Positions 25,554 to 34,251 of a DNA stretch of 64,000 nt are shown here, piece by piece. A program made the position numbers and the translations under genes. Numbering within the stretch: position 1 is the stretch's first letter; each line of letters starts with the position of its first letter. Source of the DNA: a virus; IMG/VR virus record IMGVR_UViG_3300025151_000001, positions 1 to 64,000 of that record. One strand, 5' to 3'. Under the pieces are notes generated by a model. The model did no database searches. It was given only the letters and a program-made list of their open reading frames with translations, and was not told the origin of the DNA.

Positions 25554-25884
25554 TAAAAAGTTCGCAGAATGGACTAAACGGATGCTTAAGAAATTAAGCC
25601 GAAGTGAAGTCTTGACTGAACATTTCAAATCTCAAGTAACAGAAATGCGCTATGCCAATTACTTAGCAAAGTCTTCATTTGTTGCTTATTGGGAAGTCCA
25701 AACAGATAACGGTTTGGCTAGATTAGCACCGGCAATTACTCAAGCGACTCTGATTCAGATGACTCATCGTTTCCTTGAGCAACAAAAGATGGAAGAAGTG
25801 GAAATTACTTCACAAATTATTGCGAACTTTATTCGTTTGCTAGGGAGGCTTGACGATGACGTATCGCAAGATGAAGAAGAATGA
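25516..25884 (+). CDS. Hypothetical protein
   Basis: ORF track; operon context. Confidence 0.7.
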   Translation: MNTNKMYLVTTNDKKFAEWTKRMLKKLSRSEVLTEHFKSQVTEMRYANYLAKSSFVAYWEVQTDNGLARLAPAITQATLIQMTHRFLEQQKMEEVEITSQIIANFIRLLGRLDDDVSQDEEE

Positions 25885-26110
25885 ATGGATTAAGGTTGCA
25901 AAATTCCTACATTGGTTTTTTGTGACTGAAGAAAAAGAACCGAAAGACTACACAACGATTTCGGACGATATTAAGAATTTAATTTATACAGTAAATAAAG
26001 AGGTGAATTTTGATGACATGGAAAATGATGAGCAATCTGTTGGAAGCAACGGACCAATCCCTACCAAGCAGGCAAATCTCAATGATTTCGAAGGCTCTGG
26101 AGAATTTTGA
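25871..26110 (+). CDS. Small protein with PIP-box-like C-terminus, overlapping the ligase start
   Basis: KQANLNDF motif. Confidence 0.5.
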   Translation: MKKNEWIKVAKFLHWFFVTEEKEPKDYTTISDDIKNLIYTVNKEVNFDDMENDEQSVGSNGPIPTKQANLNDFEGSGEF

Positions 26111-27539
26111 AGATAAGAGTAGCGTCGTTGCTATTCTTTCTCTGGAATACCCTTCAAATAATATTGGTGTTTCTAGAGCGAAAAAGTGGGTAGCAAATGC
26201 TTTCAATATTCATGATGATGAAATTGATGGTGATATGTCTGTTTATGAAGATATGGGAGATGTAGTCTATTTCTTAGACTCTTCAGCAGATTCAACAACA
26301 GAAACTTCAGTCTCTTCTGTTCTTAGATTTTTAGGAACTGATTGCTCAGGTATTGGCTCAGACTCATATAGGGCTTTTCGAGAAATGATTACCTCTCTTT
26401 CTGCTATTGAGCGAAAGTGGTTTATTCGTTATTGGATTAGAACGCCCCGTAATGGAATCAGCGAAGGAAACGTGGTCAAGATTCTAGCAAAGCATTTTGG
26501 TAAGAAACAAGCGGAAGTAAAGAAACATACTACGTTTAATAGTATTGCTAATGTTTGTGAATATTATATGGGAGACATGGAACCTTCTATGGTTCTCAGT
26601 CATGGAACATTTGTTTCTCCTATGTTAGCCAAATCAGTTCCACTAAATAAATGGCCTAAGAATCGTATTGTTGATTATAAATACGACGGTAATAGATACC
26701 AAATCCACAAGAAAGGTGACAACGTTATCATCTTTAATCGGAAAGGAAAGATTGTAACTAATCAATATCCAGATGTTGTCGAAATCATTCGTGATTATGA
26801 CTGTGATAACTCAATCTTTGATGGTGAGATTTACCCGATTCATGGAGATGGTTCGCCTGCCCCCCATCAACGTTTAGGAACCCGCGTTCATTCCAAAGAC
26901 CACGCGGAAGCCGTCAGGAGAGTCCCTGTGACGTGGGTAATCTTTGATTGCTTGAAGATGAACGGCGAAGTTGTTTTGGGCCTCTCATACTCTCATAGGC
27001 TTGAAGTTATGAAGGAGTTACCCAACCAAGCCCACCGGCAAATTGGTGGTAATGCAATCGCTTTCTACCACGAAGCGATTAATGCAGGTTTTGAAGGCAT
27101 CATCGTAAAAGATGCAGATGCCGAATATCAGCCCGGAAAGCGTTCTGTTTCTTGGGCTAAACACAAACCACCGCGTATTGAATTAGATGTGGTAATTCTT
27201 TCTGCTTCATATGGCGAAGGAAAGAGGGCAGGAGTTTTTGCTTCATTTGAAATTGGTGTTCGTTCAGGTAACGAATTTGTTAGCATTGGTCAAGTTGGAA
27301 CAGGCTTTAGTGAAGCGGAACTATTTAACTTAACTAACGCTTTGAGAAAGAATATCGAAGCAGTTGAAAAGAACAAGTATAAATTTTTGCCTAGAGTTGT
27401 TCTTGAAGTTTCTGCCGATTTAGTTAGCAGGGATGCTAAGGGTAATATTGGGCTAAGATTCCCAAGATGTAATAGAATTAGAGATGATAAGTTCGTCAAT
27501 GATATTAATACATTTGATGATGTAGTGAGGCTGATGTAA
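26010..27539 (+). CDS. lig: ATP-dependent DNA ligase
   Basis: PMLA, KYDGNR, FDGEI, FDCL, EGIIVK, Y.PGKR, VGTGFS, LRFPR. Confidence 0.95.
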   Translation: MMTWKMMSNLLEATDQSLPSRQISMISKALENFEDKSSVVAILSLEYPSNNIGVSRAKKWVANAFNIHDDEIDGDMSVYEDMGDVVYFLDSSADSTTETSVSSVLRFLGTDCSGIGSDSYRAFREMITSLSAIERKWFIRYWIRTPRNGISEGNVVKILAKHFGKKQAEVKKHTTFNSIANVCEYYMGDMEPSMVLSHGTFVSPMLAKSVPLNKWPKNRIVDYKYDGNRYQIHKKGDNVIIFNRKGKIVTNQYPDVVEIIRDYDCDNSIFDGEIYPIHGDGSPAPHQRLGTRVHSKDHAEAVRRVPVTWVIFDCLKMNGEVVLGLSYSHRLEVMKELPNQAHRQIGGNAIAFYHEAINAGFEGIIVKDADAEYQPGKRSVSWAKHKPPRIELDVVILSASYGEGKRAGVFASFEIGVRSGNEFVSIGQVGTGFSEAELFNLTNALRKNIEAVEKNKYKFLPRVVLEVSADLVSRDAKGNIGLRFPRCNRIRDDKFVNDINTFDDVVRLM

Positions 27540-27887
27540 ATGCAAAAAACATACAATTATTTTACTGAAAACGATGGTTCTTCGATTGAAATTGATTCAA
27601 TGAACGCTAAACAGTTAGGCAGGGCTATCAAATCCACCTATGATAGACTGAGGGGGCAGTTTTACCTTCTATCTAGTTTGCATTCTAAATTAGGAGAAGT
27701 TAGGTCTAACAAAAAGACTCCAGACACAAAGAAAAAGGTCTTGAAACTGCTGAAGATTAAAAGTCTTCCCTCAGATAATGAAAAGCGATTAGAGCAAGTA
27801 ATTGAAACTGCAATCGTTCTTATGGACTCTGAAAAAGATTACGAATTTGTTAAAAAAGTATTAGAGCAGGGGATTAAAAATGATTAA
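27540..27887 (+). CDS. Hypothetical protein
   Basis: ORF track. Confidence 0.7.
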   Translation: MQKTYNYFTENDGSSIEIDSMNAKQLGRAIKSTYDRLRGQFYLLSSLHSKLGEVRSNKKTPDTKKKVLKLLKIKSLPSDNEKRLEQVIETAIVLMDSEKDYEFVKKVLEQGIKND

Positions 27888-28338
27888 GGAAGGACAATTT
27901 ACTATTATTGATGGAAAGACATATCAAGTTGTTAGAGTTGATGGGACATTTGCTCATCTTCATAACGTCGAAACTTATAAAGGGCGTCCACGCAAGATGC
28001 TTTTGTCGAGAGTCCCGTATTTTGATGAAAGTGGAACTCTAATAGAGCCAAAGCAGGAAAATACTAAGATTCCAACTAGAAAATTTCAATCGAAAGTAAA
28101 TGTAAGAGAGATTGTTAAGAACGAAACGGAAATGCAGGTTTCTAAAAAAGCAATTATGTTTCTTCAAGAACAACTTAGTAGCATTTGTGAAATTTTAATT
28201 TCAAACGCTGAACAAACCGCAGAAAGACATGGGCATTCGAGGATTGGACCAGAACATATTTGTTATCTCAATATTCCAGACCTTCATTATGAAATATTAG
28301 TTGACCATAAGGAATACATCGAGGACGGTATGGGCTGA
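27880..28338 (+). CDS. Protein with C-terminal archaeal-type histone fold
   Basis: VREIVK...QVSKKAI..L.E.L.......ISNA...A..HGHSRIGPEHI. Confidence 0.7.
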   Translation: MIKEGQFTIIDGKTYQVVRVDGTFAHLHNVETYKGRPRKMLLSRVPYFDESGTLIEPKQENTKIPTRKFQSKVNVREIVKNETEMQVSKKAIMFLQEQLSSICEILISNAEQTAERHGHSRIGPEHICYLNIPDLHYEILVDHKEYIEDGMG

Positions 28339-28694
28339 TGTTTCAAGATGAACTTATTCAGACTTGGCTTGCTAAGTATGATAACTTAACATCATTTAGT
28401 TTTATGGCTTTCTTAAATGTTGATGAGGAACTGCTACAGTTTGTTGCTAAAGGACTACATCTTAGGTTAATGATACTAAATGAGTCTGAGCAATTCGCTA
28501 TTGTTCATGATAGAGTTGACGAGCAAACTGCAAAGGCATTAGGAACATATCAAGGAACCTCGTTCTCTCTTATTTTTCCCGGAAAAAATAGTGATTTTGA
28601 AGATTTAGTTAAAACAACAGTTCTAGAGGGTATGGATTTTCTTAGAATTAAGGTAGAATATCTTGGAATGACGGAGGCATATGATTATGTATAG
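28338..28694 (+). CDS. Hypothetical protein
   Basis: ORF track. Confidence 0.7.
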   Translation: MFQDELIQTWLAKYDNLTSFSFMAFLNVDEELLQFVAKGLHLRLMILNESEQFAIVHDRVDEQTAKALGTYQGTSFSLIFPGKNSDFEDLVKTTVLEGMDFLRIKVEYLGMTEAYDYV

Positions 28695-29082
28695 TAAAGA
28701 TATGCTCACAGGAATTTTATTGTGTGGGTCAAAAATTGATTTTCATATTGAAAAGAATGAGAAATCTAATATTGGCTATTCAATTAGACTTAGAGTAAAT
28801 CTAAGAGCAGAACAAGAGTTCCTTCTCGGTGTGCAAAGAAGCCTTTTACAGTTTGATATCAAAAGCACACTTAAAGAACAAGAGAATAAGGCTCGACCAA
28901 AACCAATTTTAAAAATTGGTGGGATTAAGAATCTATACCTTCTCACGGAAATGGTGGATAACTTACCCGATGCAAAGGGTGAATGGATTAGATTCAGAGA
29001 GGCAGTTGATATTGTCTCTAATAAAGAGCATTTGACTCTTGAAGGAATGGAAAGAATGTTAGAATTAAAAGGAGTGTTATAA
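28687..29082 (+). CDS. Single-motif LAGLIDADG-like protein, apparently lacking the catalytic acid
   Basis: LTGILLCGS helix; GYSIRLRV strand; C-terminal F.EAV.IV..KEHLTLEG typical of the I-CreI-type fold. Confidence 0.65.
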   Translation: MYSKDMLTGILLCGSKIDFHIEKNEKSNIGYSIRLRVNLRAEQEFLLGVQRSLLQFDIKSTLKEQENKARPKPILKIGGIKNLYLLTEMVDNLPDAKGEWIRFREAVDIVSNKEHLTLEGMERMLELKGVL

Positions 29083-29927
29083 TGGGACTCACCAATTTAA
29101 ATAGAAAGCGTGCAATTTTGATTACAGGAAAACCGGGAACAGGAAAATCAACGAAGGCAAAGACCTTCTGCGAAGACCCTGTTGTTATGTTCGCAAATTC
29201 GATAGACACAACCGATATTGGTTCTCTATCAAAGGATAATGGAATCATTATTGAAGACGTTCACCACAAGCCAAATAAAGAAGACATTCTATATTTACTT
29301 CGGAACTATAAAGGGCAAATTGTCTTGACTTCAATCAATGAAAAGTCTGTTCCGTCTGAAATCAAAAATATGTGCCAAATTAAAAGAGCCGGGAGTAACA
29401 ACTACTTGCGTGATGAAGTTATGTCTTTAGCACCAAGAAGTGAAACTCCTCAAGCGGCTGAAATAGATACATACTCTTTGGTTAGAATGTATCTTAAGGA
29501 AACAGATAGAGACAAGGTAGCGAATGCCTTGCTCTTCAATAAGCCATCAGATACACAAATCGTTTCATGGCTTGCAGAAAATATGCATCCGAATCGTTTA
29601 ATTTTTGTTGATGGTGTAGTTAAACGAAGATGGAAGCAAGATTACTTCTATCAAATGTTGGCTTATGCTCACGAAGGTAATTCCTTTGGTCGAGTAAATA
29701 TGCCAAAGCGGAATGCTTATTCTAAAGTTCCGTATATCTGTCGAAAGTTAGGGGTCAGGAATGAAAAGACTCTTCGACAGTTGCTCAAAGACCCTGAATT
29801 TTCTGCTTGGGCAGGAAAGAAACTCAACAACACCGAGCGTCGAATTATCGGTATCGCTGATAAGAAACGCCGTAAAAAGACGGACCCTGTTGTTTATGAC
29901 GTGGGAACTCTTGACCAATTTATGTGA
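29082..29927 (+). CDS. Clamp loader large-subunit-like AAA+ protein
   Basis: GKPGTGKST; IIIEDV; PIP-like end TLDQFM; next to RFC small subunit. Confidence 0.7.
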   Translation: MGLTNLNRKRAILITGKPGTGKSTKAKTFCEDPVVMFANSIDTTDIGSLSKDNGIIIEDVHHKPNKEDILYLLRNYKGQIVLTSINEKSVPSEIKNMCQIKRAGSNNYLRDEVMSLAPRSETPQAAEIDTYSLVRMYLKETDRDKVANALLFNKPSDTQIVSWLAENMHPNRLIFVDGVVKRRWKQDYFYQMLAYAHEGNSFGRVNMPKRNAYSKVPYICRKLGVRNEKTLRQLLKDPEFSAWAGKKLNNTERRIIGIADKKRRKKTDPVVYDVGTLDQFM

Positions 29928-29931
29928 TAAT

Positions 29932-30192
29932 ATGAAACCAAAAAACAAAAGAATCATTGATGGTTGTGTAGAAATTATTCTTGAAGTAGGAAGACCGCTA
30001 CCAACCAGAACCTTAACTGAGATGTTACAGGATAGAATGCCTAGGCATTGGCTTCCTGCAAATTCTCGAACAACTGCTAATATCTTATCTAAATGTGATA
30101 AGGAAAGAAAACTAAAACTAGTCCCTGTGGATATCAACAGACCAAAGAATAGAGACTATCTTTGGACTGTTAGAGATGAATGGAGGAATTAA
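29932..30192 (+). CDS. Small winged-helix-like protein
   Basis: IL.EVGRPLPTRTL.E pattern. Confidence 0.55.
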   Translation: MKPKNKRIIDGCVEIILEVGRPLPTRTLTEMLQDRMPRHWLPANSRTTANILSKCDKERKLKLVPVDINRPKNRDYLWTVRDEWRN

Positions 30193-30193
30193 A

Positions 30194-31102
30194 ATGCTAT
30201 GGACAGAAAAATATAGACCAAGTAAAATCAGCGAAGTGATTGGACAAGAACACTTCACAATGGACGCATCAACATGGGTTGAAGAAAGGAATATGCCTAA
30301 CGTTCTTCTATACGGTAATCCCGGTAATGGAAAAACTGCTGCGGGTATTGCTCTCGGCAAGTCTATTCTCAAAGAAGCCTTTGATGATAACTTCGTTGAA
30401 GTGAATGCATCCGATGACCGACGGTTAGAAACAGTCAGAACAACAATCAAAACTATTGCACAAAGCGGAACAATTGGTGAAGTTCCTTTCCGCATCATGC
30501 TTCTAGATGAAATGGACGGAATGACTTCTGATGCTCAGAATGCACTAAAGCGAATTATGGAAAGATATTCATCTAACATTCGTTTCATCATTACATGTAA
30601 CGACAGAAACAAGATTATCTTTGCTCTTCAAAGCCGATGTGCAAACTACTATTTTAGGCCATTGACTAATGAAGTCATCCTTGAAGTAATACAGAAAATC
30701 CTTCAGGCTGAAGGAGTCGAGCGATTTTCTCAGGATGAATTAGTCACCTTTATATCCTCGGCGTCCCTCGACTTAAGGAGGGTCATTACCGAAGTGCAGG
30801 CAGCAAAGTCTAGCAATACTTCCCTCAAGAAACAAATTGAAATTGGGCTTGAAGACTTCTCTAAAGGCTTAGATATTCTAATCAACAATAAAAATTCAGC
30901 AATTGCTTACTTTCATAAGATGCTTGTTGACGGTAGGTCAGTAAAAGAAATCTGTATTGGAATGCACGATGCGGTAATCAATTCAGAAGGATTAGATGCG
31001 AAAATTAAATTCAAGTTCTTAAGAACAATTGGCGAAACAGAATGGCGGTCCACAACTATGACTCCGAAGGTATTACTTTCGTGGATGGTTGGACAACTTT
31101 GA
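30194..31102 (+). CDS. rfcS: Replication factor C small subunit
   Basis: WTEKYRP, GNPGNGKT, NASDDR, LDEMD, AQNAL, QSRC. Confidence 0.93.
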   Translation: MLWTEKYRPSKISEVIGQEHFTMDASTWVEERNMPNVLLYGNPGNGKTAAGIALGKSILKEAFDDNFVEVNASDDRRLETVRTTIKTIAQSGTIGEVPFRIMLLDEMDGMTSDAQNALKRIMERYSSNIRFIITCNDRNKIIFALQSRCANYYFRPLTNEVILEVIQKILQAEGVERFSQDELVTFISSASLDLRRVITEVQAAKSSNTSLKKQIEIGLEDFSKGLDILINNKNSAIAYFHKMLVDGRSVKEICIGMHDAVINSEGLDAKIKFKFLRTIGETEWRSTTMTPKVLLSWMVGQL

Positions 31103-31123
31103 AAAAATAAGAAGTGATTAAAA

Positions 31124-32332
31124 ATGCAAGAAGATATGAAAAATGAAATCGGGAAGTCCCTTCAATACATTGGGATGACTCAAGAAGAAGCAGAACAAAA
31201 GTATGGAGAAATCTGTGCTGAGAATGGTTTGGAAATTACCGATGCTTTCGGTAAAGCCCTTTGGCGCTCATTTGTGGCGCAACATCGCCGTTCTCAGAAC
31301 AGACCCTCAACCGATAGTGGAAGCCTAACAAAAAAGGTATTTGGGTTCTTCATGGCTTTAGATGCACCCCGCGATATGATGGCTTGGCGTCGTCGTCGTG
31401 CCGGTGAAGAATACCGGCGTGATTCAGACAATGCTCTAGAAAGCGGCATCGTTGCGGTTGCTACGCAGAATGCTCTTGGAAAGTGGGTTGTTTCCCGCTA
31501 TCATAAGGGCGAATACCAAGAGAAGACTGTAAGTGGTCTTCCGAATGGCGCTGAAGAAGGAGAAGATGGTTCCTATTACATCCCACTTGATGATACGGAA
31601 CGATACGGAAACGGTGGAGAAAATAAGGGATATGGCAAGCCTCTCCCTGTTGAACAATTCCGCCGTCAAGGTCTTTTCTATGGTTCGGTTGAAGGTAAGG
31701 AAGGAATGGCTCTTTATCCATTCTCTTATAAGAATCAACCTGCCGTGGAGTTTGAACCTAACACCTTTGAATGGGTTCACTTCCTAGCAATTCCGAACGA
31801 TAACGGTAATCTTTACGGCATGACCGATGTAACAAAGGCTAGCCTTGTTTTGAATTCGGCTCTTGACCCTGAAAATAGCGACCATAGGAACATGGATAGT
31901 TTCGACTTTGAGAACCTTCTCATTAATGAAATGTCGAGTCATATTGTTCCTCTCGTTGAAATTGACCGAGCGCACGTTGAAAGGCAATCCCTTCCATATA
32001 ACGAGCGTTTCATCGTAACTGATGGTGTGGTCTGCAACATGAACATGACTCCAACCTCTAACGGAAACCGAATCCTAAACATCACAGACTTGAATGCTGA
32101 GTTTGACTATGATGAAGGAAGCGGTGTAGTTACCTGTTGGATTCCTGCACATATCGAAATTGATTTCGGTATTGGTTCATCTGTTATCGTTATTGGTAAT
32201 ACCTCTCAACGCTCAGTTGACGGGGAATCTGAACCTGCAACTATTAACACAACCGGACTTTATGTCCTTGACCGAAAGGGTTCAGCCGTTGAGGTGACTC
32301 AAGCGGTTGAAGAGGACTACGATTGGTTCTGA
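31124..32332 (+). CDS. Putative RPA/SSB-like OB-fold protein
   Basis: C-terminal OB-like strands (ILNITD...VTCW...GSSVIVIG); acidic-aromatic tail EEDYDWF; replisome context. Confidence 0.55.
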   Translation: MQEDMKNEIGKSLQYIGMTQEEAEQKYGEICAENGLEITDAFGKALWRSFVAQHRRSQNRPSTDSGSLTKKVFGFFMALDAPRDMMAWRRRRAGEEYRRDSDNALESGIVAVATQNALGKWVVSRYHKGEYQEKTVSGLPNGAEEGEDGSYYIPLDDTERYGNGGENKGYGKPLPVEQFRRQGLFYGSVEGKEGMALYPFSYKNQPAVEFEPNTFEWVHFLAIPNDNGNLYGMTDVTKASLVLNSALDPENSDHRNMDSFDFENLLINEMSSHIVPLVEIDRAHVERQSLPYNERFIVTDGVVCNMNMTPTSNGNRILNITDLNAEFDYDEGSGVVTCWIPAHIEIDFGIGSSVIVIGNTSQRSVDGESEPATINTTGLYVLDRKGSAVEVTQAVEEDYDWF

Positions 32333-32409
32333 ATTAAACTACCGTGTAAGCGTGGCGGTCGAATGACGCTCAATAGGGTGCAAAGCCCTTTCCCGTTGGG
32401 GGTTTAAAT

Positions 32410-32673
32410 ATGTTAAAACAAAATAGATACTTTTTACTAGAAAACAATTATGTGATTGATTTAATCAATGTTGACTTTATCACATTCAAAGAAAACGAAA
32501 AGAAAAACGGCGAATATTGGCTCAAGTTTCATCTTGGTTCAAAAGAATGTCGTTATAAGGCTGATGGACAAGACGAAGTTGCTAAGATTTTGCGAGTTTG
32601 GTCAAATGTTCACGGCCAAGAACTGAATTTAGAAGAATATGAAATTGGTGGTTTCAATGGGTCTAACGTCTAA
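32410..32673 (+). CDS. Hypothetical protein
   Basis: ORF track. Confidence 0.7.
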   Translation: MLKQNRYFLLENNYVIDLINVDFITFKENEKKNGEYWLKFHLGSKECRYKADGQDEVAKILRVWSNVHGQELNLEEYEIGGFNGSNV

Positions 32674-33478
32674 GCAAGGAACTACGGCAGCAAGTAACGA
32701 AACTCAGAACAATTCTAGACTTATTGCCTTCAAGCAAAAACTTCAAGCGCAAACCGAGCGCCGTCTAGAGCGTAACAATCGCTTGGTTCTTGGTATTTGG
32801 GGTGAACCTAAAACTGTTAAGTCGGGTCTTGCTCTAGATTTCCCAGATAAGAAAATTTATGTGCTTGATTGGGATGACGGCTGCGAACCGACATGGCGTC
32901 AGAATCATGAATGCACCGATAGGATTACGCTCTGGAATCCACAAGTTCTGAATGATAAAGGCGAAGCAGACATTACCGCTTCTGAGAGAAATTCAGAAGA
33001 CTTTATTCTTTTTGTGCAAGAAAGGATTGCAGATGGCGAAGATGTTTTATTTGTGTTCGATGGTGTAGATAAATGGTTAGACATTTGCACTTTGCACGTT
33101 ACAGGTTCTTCAAAGATTGGAAAGCCACAGAAGATGAAGTTTGAATGGGGTAAGCGTAACGCTCCCTTTTATGCTCTCTTGAAGATGTGTAAAACTTTAG
33201 ATTGTGACCAAGTGTATATTACACACGCCAAGGCTGATTATGGTTCAACAGGTGAAGTCGTTGGTCAGAAGCCAAATTGGCACAATTGGGGAGATGCTCT
33301 TTTCCAAGTCATTAGCACAAAGCAAACAAAGAAACAGGGCAATACCATTTATAAGGCAACTCTAACTGCCTCTAAAACAAATACAGAACTAGTCGGTAAG
33401 ACTTGGGAAACTCTAACTGTTGGACCCAATATGGTCAAATGGGAAGGAATCCCCGAACTACGCAAAGGCAAGGTTTGA
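32657..33478 (+). CDS. RecA-fold ATPase (Sak4/RadB-like)
   Basis: GEPKTVKS Walker A variant; LDWD; FVFDGVD Walker B; YITHAK. Confidence 0.7.
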   Translation: MGLTSKQGTTAASNETQNNSRLIAFKQKLQAQTERRLERNNRLVLGIWGEPKTVKSGLALDFPDKKIYVLDWDDGCEPTWRQNHECTDRITLWNPQVLNDKGEADITASERNSEDFILFVQERIADGEDVLFVFDGVDKWLDICTLHVTGSSKIGKPQKMKFEWGKRNAPFYALLKMCKTLDCDQVYITHAKADYGSTGEVVGQKPNWHNWGDALFQVISTKQTKKQGNTIYKATLTASKTNTELVGKTWETLTVGPNMVKWEGIPELRKGKV

Positions 33479-33483
33479 GAAAT

Positions 33484-34251
33484 ATGAAATTTAATATTAA
33501 TACGAATACATTCAAAGAAGCACTAGAAAGCATTCAAGTAAAAGGCAAATACGTCAAAAAGGGTGGCCTATCATCCGGTAGTCTTGATGATATCTTTTAT
33601 ATGAAAGGTGAAGAAAATCAATTGCAACTTTGGTCAGGTAATAATACCTTCGTTGTGAACATCGTTCTTGATGTTGAGATAGAAGAAGAGGGAGGCTTTA
33701 TTTGCAGGTCTTCGTCTATCTTACCTTATTTGAAGAAGTTTGGGGAAGAAGTAACTGTTGAAACAGGTGACTTTATGACCCTTTCATCGGGGACTCGTAA
33801 GGCTTCTATTCCAAGAGTAGTTGAATGGTCTAATATTCAAGTAATTACCCGTCTTGGTCCTAGACTGTCTGAAATGCCAACTGTTTTAGACCCTGAAAAT
33901 ATTCCAACTATGGGCAAAGCAAAGTTTGAAGGAGCATTCATTATTTCTAATGAAACTCTTTCAGATGTTATTTCTGGTTGCGAACTTGTTAAATCGGGTG
34001 TATATAAAATTGACGCAAAGAAAGATACACTAACCTTTTCTAGCGAAGATGGAATCAACAACAATTATACTGAGGAAATTACACCAATGCTTCGTGTTGG
34101 TGATGAAGCAACCGTTGAATTTTCTGGTCCGCTTCACAAATTCTTCAAAAAAGACCAAGTTCTAACCTTTTATGTTTTAGATGATGCACCTATTGTTATC
34201 ATTTCTGACGATAGGAGGTTAGTTAAGGCTCCCTATGTCGGAGGCGTATGA
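33484..34251 (+). CDS. PCNA-like sliding clamp
   Basis: ~255 aa repeated beta-alpha pattern, DAPIVI..LVKAPY C-terminus; upstream of PolB and near RFC. Confidence 0.7.
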   Translation: MKFNINTNTFKEALESIQVKGKYVKKGGLSSGSLDDIFYMKGEENQLQLWSGNNTFVVNIVLDVEIEEEGGFICRSSSILPYLKKFGEEVTVETGDFMTLSSGTRKASIPRVVEWSNIQVITRLGPRLSEMPTVLDPENIPTMGKAKFEGAFIISNETLSDVISGCELVKSGVYKIDAKKDTLTFSSEDGINNNYTEEITPMLRVGDEATVEFSGPLHKFFKKDQVLTFYVLDDAPIVIISDDRRLVKAPYVGGV

